A stretch of 32,000 nucleotides of DNA from Candidatus Iainarchaeum sp. (GCA_030688545.1 JAUYHT010000001.1:53195-85194), one strand, 5' to 3'. Shown: positions 1 to 8,240, numbered from the stretch's first letter. The notes: a model not told the origin generated them from the letters alone. Numbers and translations: made by a program.

Positions 1-100
1 CGTAGAGGCGTGTAAAACCATCGAGAAAGAGGTTTTACGGGCATTTAGATCCAATTCCTCCCGCAAGAATAGGGCAGTTTAAAAGCATTCATCCCGGCTC

Positions 101-841
101 ATGGGTATGGTGGAATTCAAAACCAAAATTTCCAACATCCTGGATTATCCCGCCCCCGAGAATGGCGCCACGCGCGTGTTCGAGTGTCCCATTCCGGATG
201 GAATTGAAATGCCCTACCTCCCTGGTCAATTCGCCATGATTTCCCATCCGGAAGTCAAATTACTAGCCAACCCCACCCAAACCAAATGGGCGTCCTATTC
301 CATCTCCTCTTCCCCCACCCAAAATGAAAAATTGGAGTTCTGCCTCGGTGGAGGCTCCCCCACGGGGGTGACGCACCGGCTCATGCAGGCCAAAGAAGGG
401 GAAGAGATAGCTATCCGCGGCCCTTTTGGTAAATTCATTCTTGAAGAGGACGCACCCGAATATGTTATGCTCGCCACGGGCACGGGCATTGCTCCCATCA
501 TCTCCATGACGCGCACCCTCCTGGCCAAAGGGAAAACGGTTCCCATCTCTCTTTATTTCGGTTTCCGTTTTCCCGGGCAATTCATGTATCGCGAGGAACT
601 CTTGGCGCTCCAGGAACAATATCCCCACTTTCATTACTATCCCATTGCCTCTCGTCCAGAAGACTCGTGGGGGTTTGCTAAAGGACACATCCAAGATGTG
701 TTGAAAGACTATCATTCTCCCTCATCCAATCAGGCGAAAGTATACATCTGCGGCAAGCCCGCTATCGCAGAGGAACTGGTCACCTTTTGCCAGGAAACCC
801 TTCATTTCCCCACAGCCAATGTGCACATCGAGAAATGGTGA
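101..841 (+). CDS. FAD/NAD(P)-binding oxidoreductase, ferredoxin-NADP reductase / PyrK-like flavoprotein family
   Basis: 246-aa ORF. It has an RxYS-type FAD block (KWASYSISS), a GTGIAP NAD(P)-binding motif and a C-terminal VYICGKP block typical of the FNR family. No Fe-S Cys cluster is visible. Confidence 0.8.
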   Translation: MGMVEFKTKISNILDYPAPENGATRVFECPIPDGIEMPYLPGQFAMISHPEVKLLANPTQTKWASYSISSSPTQNEKLEFCLGGGSPTGVTHRLMQAKEGEEIAIRGPFGKFILEEDAPEYVMLATGTGIAPIISMTRTLLAKGKTVPISLYFGFRFPGQFMYREELLALQEQYPHFHYYPIASRPEDSWGFAKGHIQDVLKDYHSPSSNQAKVYICGKPAIAEELVTFCQETLHFPTANVHIEKW

Positions 842-845
842 ATTT

Positions 846-1226
846 ATGGCCAAACCCTTTTTCATGAAGCTCGTGGTGTATGCCCCCAAAACGCATGTTG
901 ATCCTATTCTCGAGGCATTGCATCAGACTGGTTGCGGGAAATCAGACGGCGGCAAATACGAAGGACGCGCCTTCCTCACATTCGGACATGGCACATGGAT
1001 CGCGCTCAAGGGGAGTAAGCCTTTCAAAGGGCGTCTCAACCGTCGCGAAATGGTTCAGGAAGTCCGGATCGAGACCACGTGTCCCAAAGAAAAATCGGCA
1101 GACATCCTCCGCATCATCCGATCAATTCATCCCTATGAAGAACCCGTGATTGAAATCTATTCCTTGGACGCCGTTTCCAATGCGGCCCCCCTCAAGGCAG
1201 GGGCCAAAGTTCTCCGGTACAAGTAG
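846..1226 (+). CDS. Nif3/YqfO-like PII-fold domain protein (stand-alone)
   Basis: In-frame ATG at 846 (MAKPFFMKLVVYAP...) lies 4 nt after the previous stop. The pattern MKLVVY.P..H......AL...G.G...Y....F...G.G.W....GS.PF.G....E..R+E..C......I...I...HPYEEP matches the insert/C-terminal domain of Nif3-family (GTP cyclohydrolase 1 type 2 homolog) proteins. The track start at 819 overlaps the upstream gene and is less likely. Confidence 0.65.
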   Translation: MAKPFFMKLVVYAPKTHVDPILEALHQTGCGKSDGGKYEGRAFLTFGHGTWIALKGSKPFKGRLNRREMVQEVRIETTCPKEKSADILRIIRSIHPYEEPVIEIYSLDAVSNAAPLKAGAKVLRYK

Positions 1227-1229
1227 CGG

Positions 1230-1320
1230 AAACTTTTTACAAAAAAGTTTCATCAAAACAAACTTTTTAGGAAAAAGTTTGATCAAAAAATCTTTTTACA
1301 AAAAAGTTTCATCAAAAAAC
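1230..1320. repeat. Three tandem ~31-bp units, each containing the A/T inverted repeat AAACTTTTT-N2-AAAAAGTTT followed by CATCAAAA
   Basis: Read directly: units at 1230-1259, 1260-1290 and 1291-1320. The same unit recurs at 25041-25072. Confidence 0.9.
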
Positions 1321-1406
1321 GGGTAATACTTCTTCTTTTAGGGTGGCTTGTATCTCCCATTTTAGGCGAGCGAGCACGTAGGCCGAATGAGATTCTTTGT
1401 ACTAAA

Positions 1407-2180
1407 GTGATGCCCCGCCTTTCAGCCGGGAAGGTCTTCGTTTATATTGGATATTACTCCTCTCAACCTATGCCGGCAAAAGGGTGGGGGTCTCGGTGGG
1501 CGAATAAAGCCAGGCTCCTTGGCCGCGGAATGCTTCCAAAAAGAGTGGGGAAAGAAATGCATCGCGCGATATTGCGCTGGAGCGGGAGGGATGTTTCCCG
1601 ACATGATAAGGCTCGAAAGATTGTTCAACGCCAGGATCCGGGAGCTATTTTATTGCGGGAAAATTTCAGAAAACATGCTTCTGAATCAGTAGAAGCAATG
1701 TCCCCTGCCCGCGAGCTGGTAGAAGAAAGGAAAAAATTGACTGACAAAATAGAAGGTATAACAAATGCCCTTTCATCCATGAGAGGAGGTACCGACGTTT
1801 ATAGAGAAAGGCTATCGGAACTTCAACGATCAGTGCAAAAAAAAAATAATATTAATCGGCAAATCAGAGAATTAACGCAACCCTTTTTCCATCTTACGTA
1901 TGAGTACTCGGCGAGAATGGAAGCGGCTCATCTGGCGCTCGATTGGATGGGGTTCGGGTTCCAAAAACCGGCGCATCAGGTCATCCGCGAATCTATAATC
2001 ACACAGGCGCCTCATTTGTTCGCCCAAGATCCCTTCCAATCCACACACAAAATCGACAAACGCGTGGTGGCGGCTTCCCGATTACAGAGTATCAAACGAC
2101 TGATTCCCATCCTAGGCCCTCTCGGGGCGCGCCGTTTCTACCGGCGTTTCCAGAAATTCTATTCCGTGCTGGCCCAATGA
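1407..2180 (+). CDS. Hypothetical highly basic protein, paralog family member P1
   Basis: 257-aa ORF (GTG 1407 / ATG 1410), Arg/Lys-rich, predicted helical middle. The C-terminal motif GPLGARRFYRRFQKFY is shared with the ORFs at 2459, 3446 and 14593. Confidence 0.6.
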   Translation: MMPRLSAGKVFVYIGYYSSQPMPAKGWGSRWANKARLLGRGMLPKRVGKEMHRAILRWSGRDVSRHDKARKIVQRQDPGAILLRENFRKHASESVEAMSPARELVEERKKLTDKIEGITNALSSMRGGTDVYRERLSELQRSVQKKNNINRQIRELTQPFFHLTYEYSARMEAAHLALDWMGFGFQKPAHQVIRESIITQAPHLFAQDPFQSTHKIDKRVVAASRLQSIKRLIPILGPLGARRFYRRFQKFYSVLAQ

Positions 2181-2242
2181 CGAAACGAAAAAAATAATTT
2201 AAAAAAAGGAATACATCGGCTTCCGCCGGTGATAAAAAGGAT

Positions 2243-2434
2243 TTATTTCTCTATTTGGTTTCTATTCCTTTGAGACACCACAAACCCACCCGCCAGCAAC
2301 ACGCTGTATAGAATGAATGGCATGACGGTTATCAACACTTCCAAATTCGGTAAAGGATTCGAGGCGGTGATTTCCATCCGAATGGGCGCCGCGCTCACGC
2401 TCGCGATGAACGCGAACAGGAACAGCCCCACCAA
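2243..2434 (-). CDS. Possible small two-TM membrane protein
   Basis: 63-aa ORF with two hydrophobic stretches (LFLFAFIASVSAA; VMPFILYSVLLAGGFVV). It fills the gap between P1 and P2. No homology recognised. Confidence 0.3.
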   Translation of the reverse strand: MVGLFLFAFIASVSAAPIRMEITASNPLPNLEVLITVMPFILYSVLLAGGFVVSQRNRNQIEK

Positions 2435-2458
2435 AGCTGGGTCAAATTAGCCTCTCAT

Positions 2459-3046
2459 GTGAAAAAGCCCGTGATTCCCATGGAAGAACGCCGACGAATG
2501 AAATTGGATGCCATTCAATCCACCAAACGCGTGATGCGGGATGATCGTCATGTAACGGCTACCAGATTGGCGGAATTACGTAGTGAGATCAATCAGATAC
2601 GTTGGGATTCTCCCAGTGAAGCAATACGCCTTTCGCGGTTAAACACCTTCATCTCGGATGTCCGAGATCGTCTCGCAATGATAACCGCGGAAAGACGTGG
2701 AAGGGTCCAGGCCCATTACACCGTCGCGGCAAGGCATGGAGCTGCGTTGCAGGCAATCTCCATGCTTCCCCAATCGGCTCGCGAAAAAATCAATGAAATA
2801 GGACTACTCGAACTATCTGAGATCATTTTCATCCCGGAAAAATACAATGGAGAATTGTTCACGTCACCAATTCCTACTCCGCGTTCCCACCGTGATTATG
2901 AGGGTAAATCTCCCCGCCAGATTCGTAGGATCGTTCTCGATAGGCTCCGACCCTATTTCAAACCGTTGGAGGCCCGATTATTCCTCTTCCATTTTTACCG
3001 CTATTTCCGCGCGTACACCACTCCTATTAGAAAACGCCGTCAGTAG
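2459..3046 (+). CDS. Hypothetical highly basic protein, paralog family member P2
   Basis: 195-aa ORF from GTG 2459; alternative starts are GTG 2471 and ATG 2480. C-terminal motif KPLEARLFLFHFYRYF. Confidence 0.6.
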   Translation: MKKPVIPMEERRRMKLDAIQSTKRVMRDDRHVTATRLAELRSEINQIRWDSPSEAIRLSRLNTFISDVRDRLAMITAERRGRVQAHYTVAARHGAALQAISMLPQSAREKINEIGLLELSEIIFIPEKYNGELFTSPIPTPRSHRDYEGKSPRQIRRIVLDRLRPYFKPLEARLFLFHFYRYFRAYTTPIRKRRQ

Positions 3047-3354
3047 TGCTCGAGCGCCTTGATCCCATAGGATATGGTCGACCCAGCTTTCACAACAGTT
3101 GCCACCTGGATGACTTCGGTGACTTCCTGCTCCGTGGCCCCATAGGCCTTGGCTTTCTGCGCGTGGGAATCGATGCAGTATTCGCATTGGATGGCGCATG
3201 ACGCCCCCAAGGCGATCAATTCCTTCGTCTTCTTATCCAGGGCCCCCGCGGCCATCGCGGCATTCTTCCATGCGGCATAGGCCTGGCTGGATTGGGCCAG
3301 TTGCTTGAATTTCTCGGAAGCTTTCATATAATTTTCATAGAATAATTCGCTCAT
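3040..3354 (-). CDS. Carboxymuconolactone decarboxylase (CMD)/AhpD-like family protein
   Basis: C-terminal block KTKELIALGASCAIQCEYCIDSHAQKAKAYGATEQEVTEVI carries the CxxC motif of the AhpD/CMD fold. I place the start at ATG 3354 (MSELFYENYMKA...). The 161-aa track ORF runs upstream to 3525, overlapping the 3446 ORF start. Confidence 0.8.
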   Translation of the reverse strand: MSELFYENYMKASEKFKQLAQSSQAYAAWKNAAMAAGALDKKTKELIALGASCAIQCEYCIDSHAQKAKAYGATEQEVTEVIQVATVVKAGSTISYGIKALEHY

Positions 3355-3445
3355 GTTTAGATTCACCTTCTGGCTCAACTCAATTCCTCTTTTTATGGGT
3401 GCCTTTGAGCAAGGGTATTTATGGGCCTGACAGGTTAGAAAGAAC

Positions 3446-4135
3446 ATGCCTCCCAAACGTATTCGGACTATGAAGAAGATTGCTTCCCTCCCTCGTTTAG
3501 TTAGGGGAAAAATAGGTGAATACATACTTCGAAGGGAATCACGAAAAATGGGGAAGTCCTTTCAGCGAAAAGATATGCGTTTTTACCTAACAGCAGCCGG
3601 GCTCGATAGTCTAGCCCAAAAAGAAGCTTTAACCCAGTATCATATTTTTAAAAATCGCTATTTTAAGAGGCGTTACATCAACAGGTTGCAGTCCGACCCC
3701 ATTTTTTCCTTTGATGCGTCGCATGATCCAGCTGGGTCTAATCGTTTAATTCGCGCGGCGGCAAACGCCCAAATGAGAATTAATAGGGCCCGAAATCGAG
3801 CCCGGCGATTACGGTTTAGAAAGGATGTCATTACGGTCGCGGTAGAGGAAGCCTTTCGTTCGATTGGCGCATCAGCCCAAATATCACAAGACCTGGCCTC
3901 ATATGGCAGGTTAATAGAATTGGTTCCTCGTTTTCCTTTGCCCTTCCATCCTCGGATTGGAACCACAATCGAAGAGGTCATTCTCCCGTCTAAAAAAATG
4001 AAATATGACCTGTATTCCCTTCTTCGGACCGAGATGAAAAGTCAATTCTCTCCATTACGCGCCAGGGCATTCGTAAACGCTTTTTATTTGATCTATATTT
4101 CATTGATGAGAGAAGTGGTAACTCGCGACTCTTAA
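3446..4135 (+). CDS. Hypothetical highly basic protein, paralog family member P3
   Basis: 229-aa ORF. A TATA-like TATTTAT box at 3415-3421 lies about 27 bp upstream of ATG 3446. C-terminal motif SPLRARAFVNAFYLIY. Confidence 0.65.
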   Translation: MPPKRIRTMKKIASLPRLVRGKIGEYILRRESRKMGKSFQRKDMRFYLTAAGLDSLAQKEALTQYHIFKNRYFKRRYINRLQSDPIFSFDASHDPAGSNRLIRAAANAQMRINRARNRARRLRFRKDVITVAVEEAFRSIGASAQISQDLASYGRLIELVPRFPLPFHPRIGTTIEEVILPSKKMKYDLYSLLRTEMKSQFSPLRARAFVNAFYLIYISLMREVVTRDS

Positions 4136-4141
4136 TTTATT

Positions 4142-4175
4142 AAAAAAAAATAGGGGGGGATTCTCCCCCCCTTTT
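4142..4175. terminator. GC hairpin flanked by an A-run and a T-run between convergent genes (bidirectional terminator-like)
   Basis: A9 (4142-4150), stem GGGGGGGA (4153-4160) / TCCCCCCC (4164-4171) with loop TTC, then TTTT (4172-4175). It lies between the 3446 ORF stop and the radA stop. Confidence 0.6.
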
Positions 4176-4180
4176 AATTT

Positions 4181-6670
4181 TCATTCCTCGAGATCTTCGA
4201 TCCCATTCTCGGTGACCGCGTACACGGCTTCCCCATCGGGCAATGAGGGGGAATCCACGAGCTTGGCGATGCGCTTGTTCTCTTTTCCCTTGCGCAGATA
4301 TAGCCGCGTCTTGCTCGCGTGCGCCACTACATTTCCCCCTACGGGAGCAGTGGGGTCGCCGAACATGATGTCCGGTCGTTCCAGCACCTGGTTGGTTACG
4401 AGTACCGCGACATTGCTCACCTCGGCGAGCCTTTGGAGCACGCGCATGTGCTTGTTCAGGCGTTGCTGCCGGTCCGCGAGCTGTCCGCGTCCGATGAATT
4501 CGCTCCTGAATTGCGCGGTGAGGGAGTCGACAATAACCATCTTGATGTTCTTCTCCTTCACCAGGTCCGCGGCCTTCTCCGCGAGGAGCATCTGGTGGTC
4601 GGCGTTGTAGGCGCGGGCCACGAATATTTTCTTGAGCGCCTCCTGGGCGTCCATTCCATTGGCCTCCGCGATCGCCGTCACCCTTTCGGGTCGGAATGAA
4701 TTCTCAGAATCGATGTAGAGGCAATTCCCATTCAACCCTCCTTCCTCGATGGGTTTCTGCACTGTCACCGCGGTCTGGAAGCACCATTGGGTGTTGTGCA
4801 TGAACAATGGTTTTTCCCCCCCGATGAAACTATGGATGCCGGGGACGGTCAAATCGTACACCCAATTGTCATAGGAGACCTTTTTCTTGGATTCGATCCG
4901 TTCCCATTTTATTTTTCCTTCAGCAAGCGTCCGGAGGATCTTCAAGTCCTGTAGCAATTGCGCATCGGCCACTCTCTTTTGGATCATCCCCCTCAAAACC
5001 ACTCCTATCTGTTGGGCCTTTTGGTCATTCATACCGCGGGAGATGTAATTCTGGAACGTGCTTTTTTTGATCCCCATTTCGGAATAGATTTCGTCTGTCC
5101 GGAAAGGGAGCAACGCCAATGCATCCATCACATTTCCGGGCGTCGGATGAGTCAACAATTCGAATGCGTTCCCCATCTCTTCCAACCGTTGCTTGAAGAA
5201 CCAGTTTATTTTCTGCACGGTTTCTTCGGCTGTCCCATCATTCCGTGACGTGGTTGAAAAGTACATCTGCCAGATGGTCTTGAACTCGCTCTGCAGGATG
5301 TTTTTCTTACTCCATTGGTTGAAACGTCGTCGCGAGCCGCTCAATTGGAAATAGGCCCTTTTCACGATCTGGTCGAGCGCGTGGGTGGGAATCCCATAAT
5401 GCGTCCCGATATTCTGGTCATTCAACTGCGTATTGGTTTTCAGATGGCTTCTTTCAAGCAATCGCTTGACTTTTTGCTTGCTTTTGGTGTCGGTGACATA
5501 CACCAAGTATTGGGGCTTTCCTTCCACTATCCTTACTCCCGTGGTGGCCTGGATCCCTAATCGTGCATACAAATACGTAATCTGATGGTTGAGGGTTTTG
5601 GAGCGGGTGGACGTGGTGATGGTTTTATGGGCTTCCCCGTCCCCGTCAATGTACCCCCTCAGGAAGGCGGCCACGGCCCCATCGTCTGATTGCAACACCT
5701 TTTCAGGCACGAATTTGGTGTAGGAATCCGTGCGAGCCAATCCCTGCATCCATTCCCGAGTTGGTTTTTGGAAAATGATGAGGTTTTTGTCATAATTGAC
5801 CGACGGGGTGTACCCGAATCGGGTTTGAATGAATCCTTTCAGCCAATTGAGTGTTCTTTCATCGAAGATGGTGATGCTCAGGGGGTTTCCGCACCCTTCT
5901 GCCACGAACAATCCAAGGAAATAGGCTTCATCTTCCGTCAGGGTTAGTTTTCCCACGTTTTGGATGATACCGGGGGCCCCGATGTAATCTCCTTCTTCCA
6001 ATAGCCCGGTCGATTTCCACTGGATCCCATTCTCATTTAATGTAAGTAATGGATGCTGTTGGGTCAATCGCACGGTGTTTCCCCGGTTGGTCGTCACCTC
6101 GACCAATTCAGATACTTTTTCTTTGAATAGGTATTGCGCTTGGGCCGTTTGGATGTTCCCATCCAAATCGATTCCCATCACCTGCACGGGATGGTTCAAG
6201 TCGGCCAAAAACCCGCCATCATGCGCCCGTTCATTGATGGCATATTTTTGATACACCTCTTCCATGGAATCCAGGTGGGGCACATCGGGATTCAGATAGA
6301 ATAAGGGAGTGGTCTTCTCCACGCATTTCCCAGAAGCGAATTTTCCATAAATCTCGGTGATGGACTGGGTTTCAATCCCGCCCCCGATCAGCTTATCCAG
6401 CTCGGCAGAGCCGGTGGTGATTCTTCCCACCAGTTTCCGTCTTTCCGCGAGGATGTCCGCGCTCTCATAGCCCATCTCGAGGGCGTCCCGTGCGGCTTTG
6501 ATGGCCTTATCCGCGGTCCCTTCCCCCAGACTAGCGGCTTCAATCAATTCCATGGGCGAGGCCACGGCCACGCTCTCTAACGTTTTATATCCGGCGGAAA
6601 ACAGCTTTTCCGCGGCGAGGGGCCCTATTCCGGGCAAATCTTTAATTTCTCGAATCTCTACTTTTGGCAT
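4181..6670 (-). CDS. radA: DNA repair and recombination protein RadA, interrupted by an intein
   Basis: N-terminal HhH region (IKDLPGIGPLAAEKLFSAGY). The Walker A motif is split as YGKFASGK / TQWCFQ. The C-terminal part has the RadA core (LYIDSENSFRPERV, VIVDSLTAQFRSEF, VAVLVTNQV). ATG at 6670 (MPKVEIREI) is preferred. An in-frame GTG at 6742 would add a 24-aa basic extension. Confidence 0.95.
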   Translation of the reverse strand: MPKVEIREIKDLPGIGPLAAEKLFSAGYKTLESVAVASPMELIEAASLGEGTADKAIKAARDALEMGYESADILAERRKLVGRITTGSAELDKLIGGGIETQSITEIYGKFASGKCVEKTTPLFYLNPDVPHLDSMEEVYQKYAINERAHDGGFLADLNHPVQVMGIDLDGNIQTAQAQYLFKEKVSELVEVTTNRGNTVRLTQQHPLLTLNENGIQWKSTGLLEEGDYIGAPGIIQNVGKLTLTEDEAYFLGLFVAEGCGNPLSITIFDERTLNWLKGFIQTRFGYTPSVNYDKNLIIFQKPTREWMQGLARTDSYTKFVPEKVLQSDDGAVAAFLRGYIDGDGEAHKTITTSTRSKTLNHQITYLYARLGIQATTGVRIVEGKPQYLVYVTDTKSKQKVKRLLERSHLKTNTQLNDQNIGTHYGIPTHALDQIVKRAYFQLSGSRRRFNQWSKKNILQSEFKTIWQMYFSTTSRNDGTAEETVQKINWFFKQRLEEMGNAFELLTHPTPGNVMDALALLPFRTDEIYSEMGIKKSTFQNYISRGMNDQKAQQIGVVLRGMIQKRVADAQLLQDLKILRTLAEGKIKWERIESKKKVSYDNWVYDLTVPGIHSFIGGEKPLFMHNTQWCFQTAVTVQKPIEEGGLNGNCLYIDSENSFRPERVTAIAEANGMDAQEALKKIFVARAYNADHQMLLAEKAADLVKEKNIKMVIVDSLTAQFRSEFIGRGQLADRQQRLNKHMRVLQRLAEVSNVAVLVTNQVLERPDIMFGDPTAPVGGNVVAHASKTRLYLRKGKENKRIAKLVDSPSLPDGEAVYAVTENGIEDLEE
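4793..6325 (-). mobile_element. 511-aa intein with LAGLIDADG homing-endonuclease domain, inserted in the RadA P-loop
   Basis: The first intein residue is Cys (codon 6325-6323) right after GKFASGK. The last residues are His-Asn (4798-4793), followed by the +1 Thr (4792-4790). LAGLIDADG-type blocks are AYFLGLFVAEGCG and AAFLRGYIDGDGEA. Removing it restores GKFASGKTQ and leaves a 318-aa RadA. Confidence 0.9.
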
Positions 6671-7040
6671 ACTTTTCCCATCCTGCCTCTTTTTTGGGTA
6701 CGATTTGAGAAGCCGGCGTTTGGGGTGCCGCTTCCCTTGCACCTAATGAGACATCCAACATATCGTTGACCCGCTTAAAAAGCTTATGAGACCAAAGTTC
6801 CGAGGTCGTCGAACGGCTTCCATTGAAATCTTTTGTAAAAAACCCAAATAGGGCATTCATCCCATTCGGGCTGGGTGACAATCTCTTGTGGTGGGCCTTG
6901 AGATGGGCCGCAACACCTAATATTTGGAAATAAGCTGCAGAGGCATTGGCTCACCAAGCAGTTCTACCCACCCTTATTTTTTAGCGCTTGGTATCCGTAT
7001 CCCGTCCGGATTTCCTGGAATTATTCGGTCGTCAGTTTGA

Positions 7041-7092
7041 ATGCCCCGAGCGGGACATGGGCCTTCTATTACAACTTGCTCTGCGATTGAAA
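7041..7092. repeat. Direct repeat copy 1 (ATGCCCCGAGCGGGA plus about 40 bp similar to copy 3)
   Basis: 7041-7055 is identical to 8241-8255 and 9381-9395. The downstream CTATT..ACTTGC.CT.CGA.TGAAA aligns with 9406-9434. Confidence 0.85.
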
Positions 7093-7198
7093 CCCTTGGA
7101 TGATACCTTAAAGTATGTACCCAATATTTATTCTATATCCTTCACTCAGGCCAAGGTGGCAGAACTCCTTAAATGCATAAAGGGAAAACAATCATAGT

Positions 7199-8131
7199 AT
7201 GCCAAATGAAATAATCATAACTTGTTGCAAGGATCCTGATCTGGACGGTTTCGCCAGTGCAATCGGATATGCTGAGTTGTTGAGCAAAACTGGCACACCA
7301 ACAATACCTTGGATTTCCGGGAATGTCCATCCAGAGGTTCATTTTGTCATGAAAAAATTCGATTTCCCATACCCCGTAGAAACCACCAATCCTGAAAATT
7401 TTGCTCAGTTTGTGCTGGTCGATTCCAGCGAATTGAATGGATTGGATAAACGCATCAAACCAGAAAACGTGATAGAGATCATCGACCACCGAAAAATCAA
7501 TGATTCACATCTCTTTCCAAATGCCAAAATCCAAATCGAATTGGTAGGCTCCGCTGCCACCCTCATTACTGAAAAGTTCAAAGAAAAACAAGTTACTCCT
7601 TCCGCGAAGGCTGCTGCACTGTTGTATTCCGCGATTGTATCCAATACATTAAATTTCAAGGCAAAAGTAACTACTCAGCGTGATATGGCAATGGCTGAAT
7701 GGCTCCTCCAGCAATTTCAACTTCCAACAAATTATGTTCATGAAATGTTCGCGGCCAAATCAGACTTGTCAGGAAACAGGCTCCAAAATGGCATCCGGGG
7801 AGACTTCGCATGGTTCGCGCTTGGAAACAAAAAAATTGGAATTGCTCAACTCGAAATCGTTGGGGGAAGTGAACTGGCAAGTAGACGCTCTGACGAAATA
7901 ATAGAGGAATTGAGCCAATTAAAGGTTGAGAAAGGACTCGATCTTATTTTCATGTCCATTATTGAACTGGAAGAGGGATTCAACCTATTCATAACCAAAG
8001 ATCAAGAAGCTCAAAGAATACTAAGTGAATTATTTGATATCACGTTTAACGATACCATCGCAAAAAGAAATGGTCTTATCATGCGAAAAGAAATTGTACC
8101 ATTGTTAAAAGAGAAACTCCAAGCACACTGA
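7199..8131 (+). CDS. DHH/DHHA2 family phosphoesterase, family II inorganic pyrophosphatase homolog with substituted catalytic residues
   Basis: 310 aa, collinear with family II PPase: CCKDPDLDGFASAIGYA vs GHQNPDSDAIGS; VLVDSSE vs ILTDHNE; IIDHRKI vs VVDHHRV; ELVGSAATLI; IVSNTLNFKA vs ISDTLLLKS; C-terminal MRKEIVPLL vs SRKKQVVPQL. A TATA-like box lies about 24 bp upstream. Confidence 0.8.
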   Translation: MPNEIIITCCKDPDLDGFASAIGYAELLSKTGTPTIPWISGNVHPEVHFVMKKFDFPYPVETTNPENFAQFVLVDSSELNGLDKRIKPENVIEIIDHRKINDSHLFPNAKIQIELVGSAATLITEKFKEKQVTPSAKAAALLYSAIVSNTLNFKAKVTTQRDMAMAEWLLQQFQLPTNYVHEMFAAKSDLSGNRLQNGIRGDFAWFALGNKKIGIAQLEIVGGSELASRRSDEIIEELSQLKVEKGLDLIFMSIIELEEGFNLFITKDQEAQRILSELFDITFNDTIAKRNGLIMRKEIVPLLKEKLQAH

Positions 8132-8240
8132 TGCGGAAATATGACTGTGAAAGAATTTGATGCAAAAATTTGCTGAAGAAGTGGCAGATGTCGATCAAGC
8201 GACAGAATTATTCCAGAAGGGGCTCTTGCTCCACCACACT

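Noticed and set aside
1230-1320. Possible CRISPR array (tandem ~31-bp repeats)
   Set aside because: The units abut each other with no unique spacers, there are only three copies, they are A/T-rich palindromes, and no cas genes are present.
3355-3525. N-terminal 57-aa extension of the CMD-family ORF (track ORF 3040-3525)
   Set aside because: The extension has odd composition and overlaps the start of the 3446 gene. The ATG at 3354 gives a standard ~104-aa CMD domain.
4212-6746. Multiple 80-130-aa plus-strand ORFs inside radA, and similar antisense ORFs inside guaB, purA, srp54, ftsY, eif6 and nfo
   Set aside because: They are shadow ORFs opposite long, well-supported genes. Their composition is Arg/Gly/Pro-skewed, as is typical of antisense frames.
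6642-6881. 79-aa minus-strand ORF upstream of radA, and the GTG-6742 extension of radA
   Set aside because: The 79-aa ORF overlaps the radA 5' end in another frame and looks compositionally random. The radA extension is possible, since a TATA-like box lies about 33 bp upstream of GTG 6742. However, the ATG at 6670 gives the canonical RadA N-terminus.
6988-7197. 69-aa ORF, and its apparent protein similarity (CPERD...LALRLK) to ORF 9397-9609
   Set aside because: The similarity is explained by the underlying DNA repeat (copies 1 and 3). Both ORFs are short, one starts at TTG, and neither has a recognisable promoter or family.
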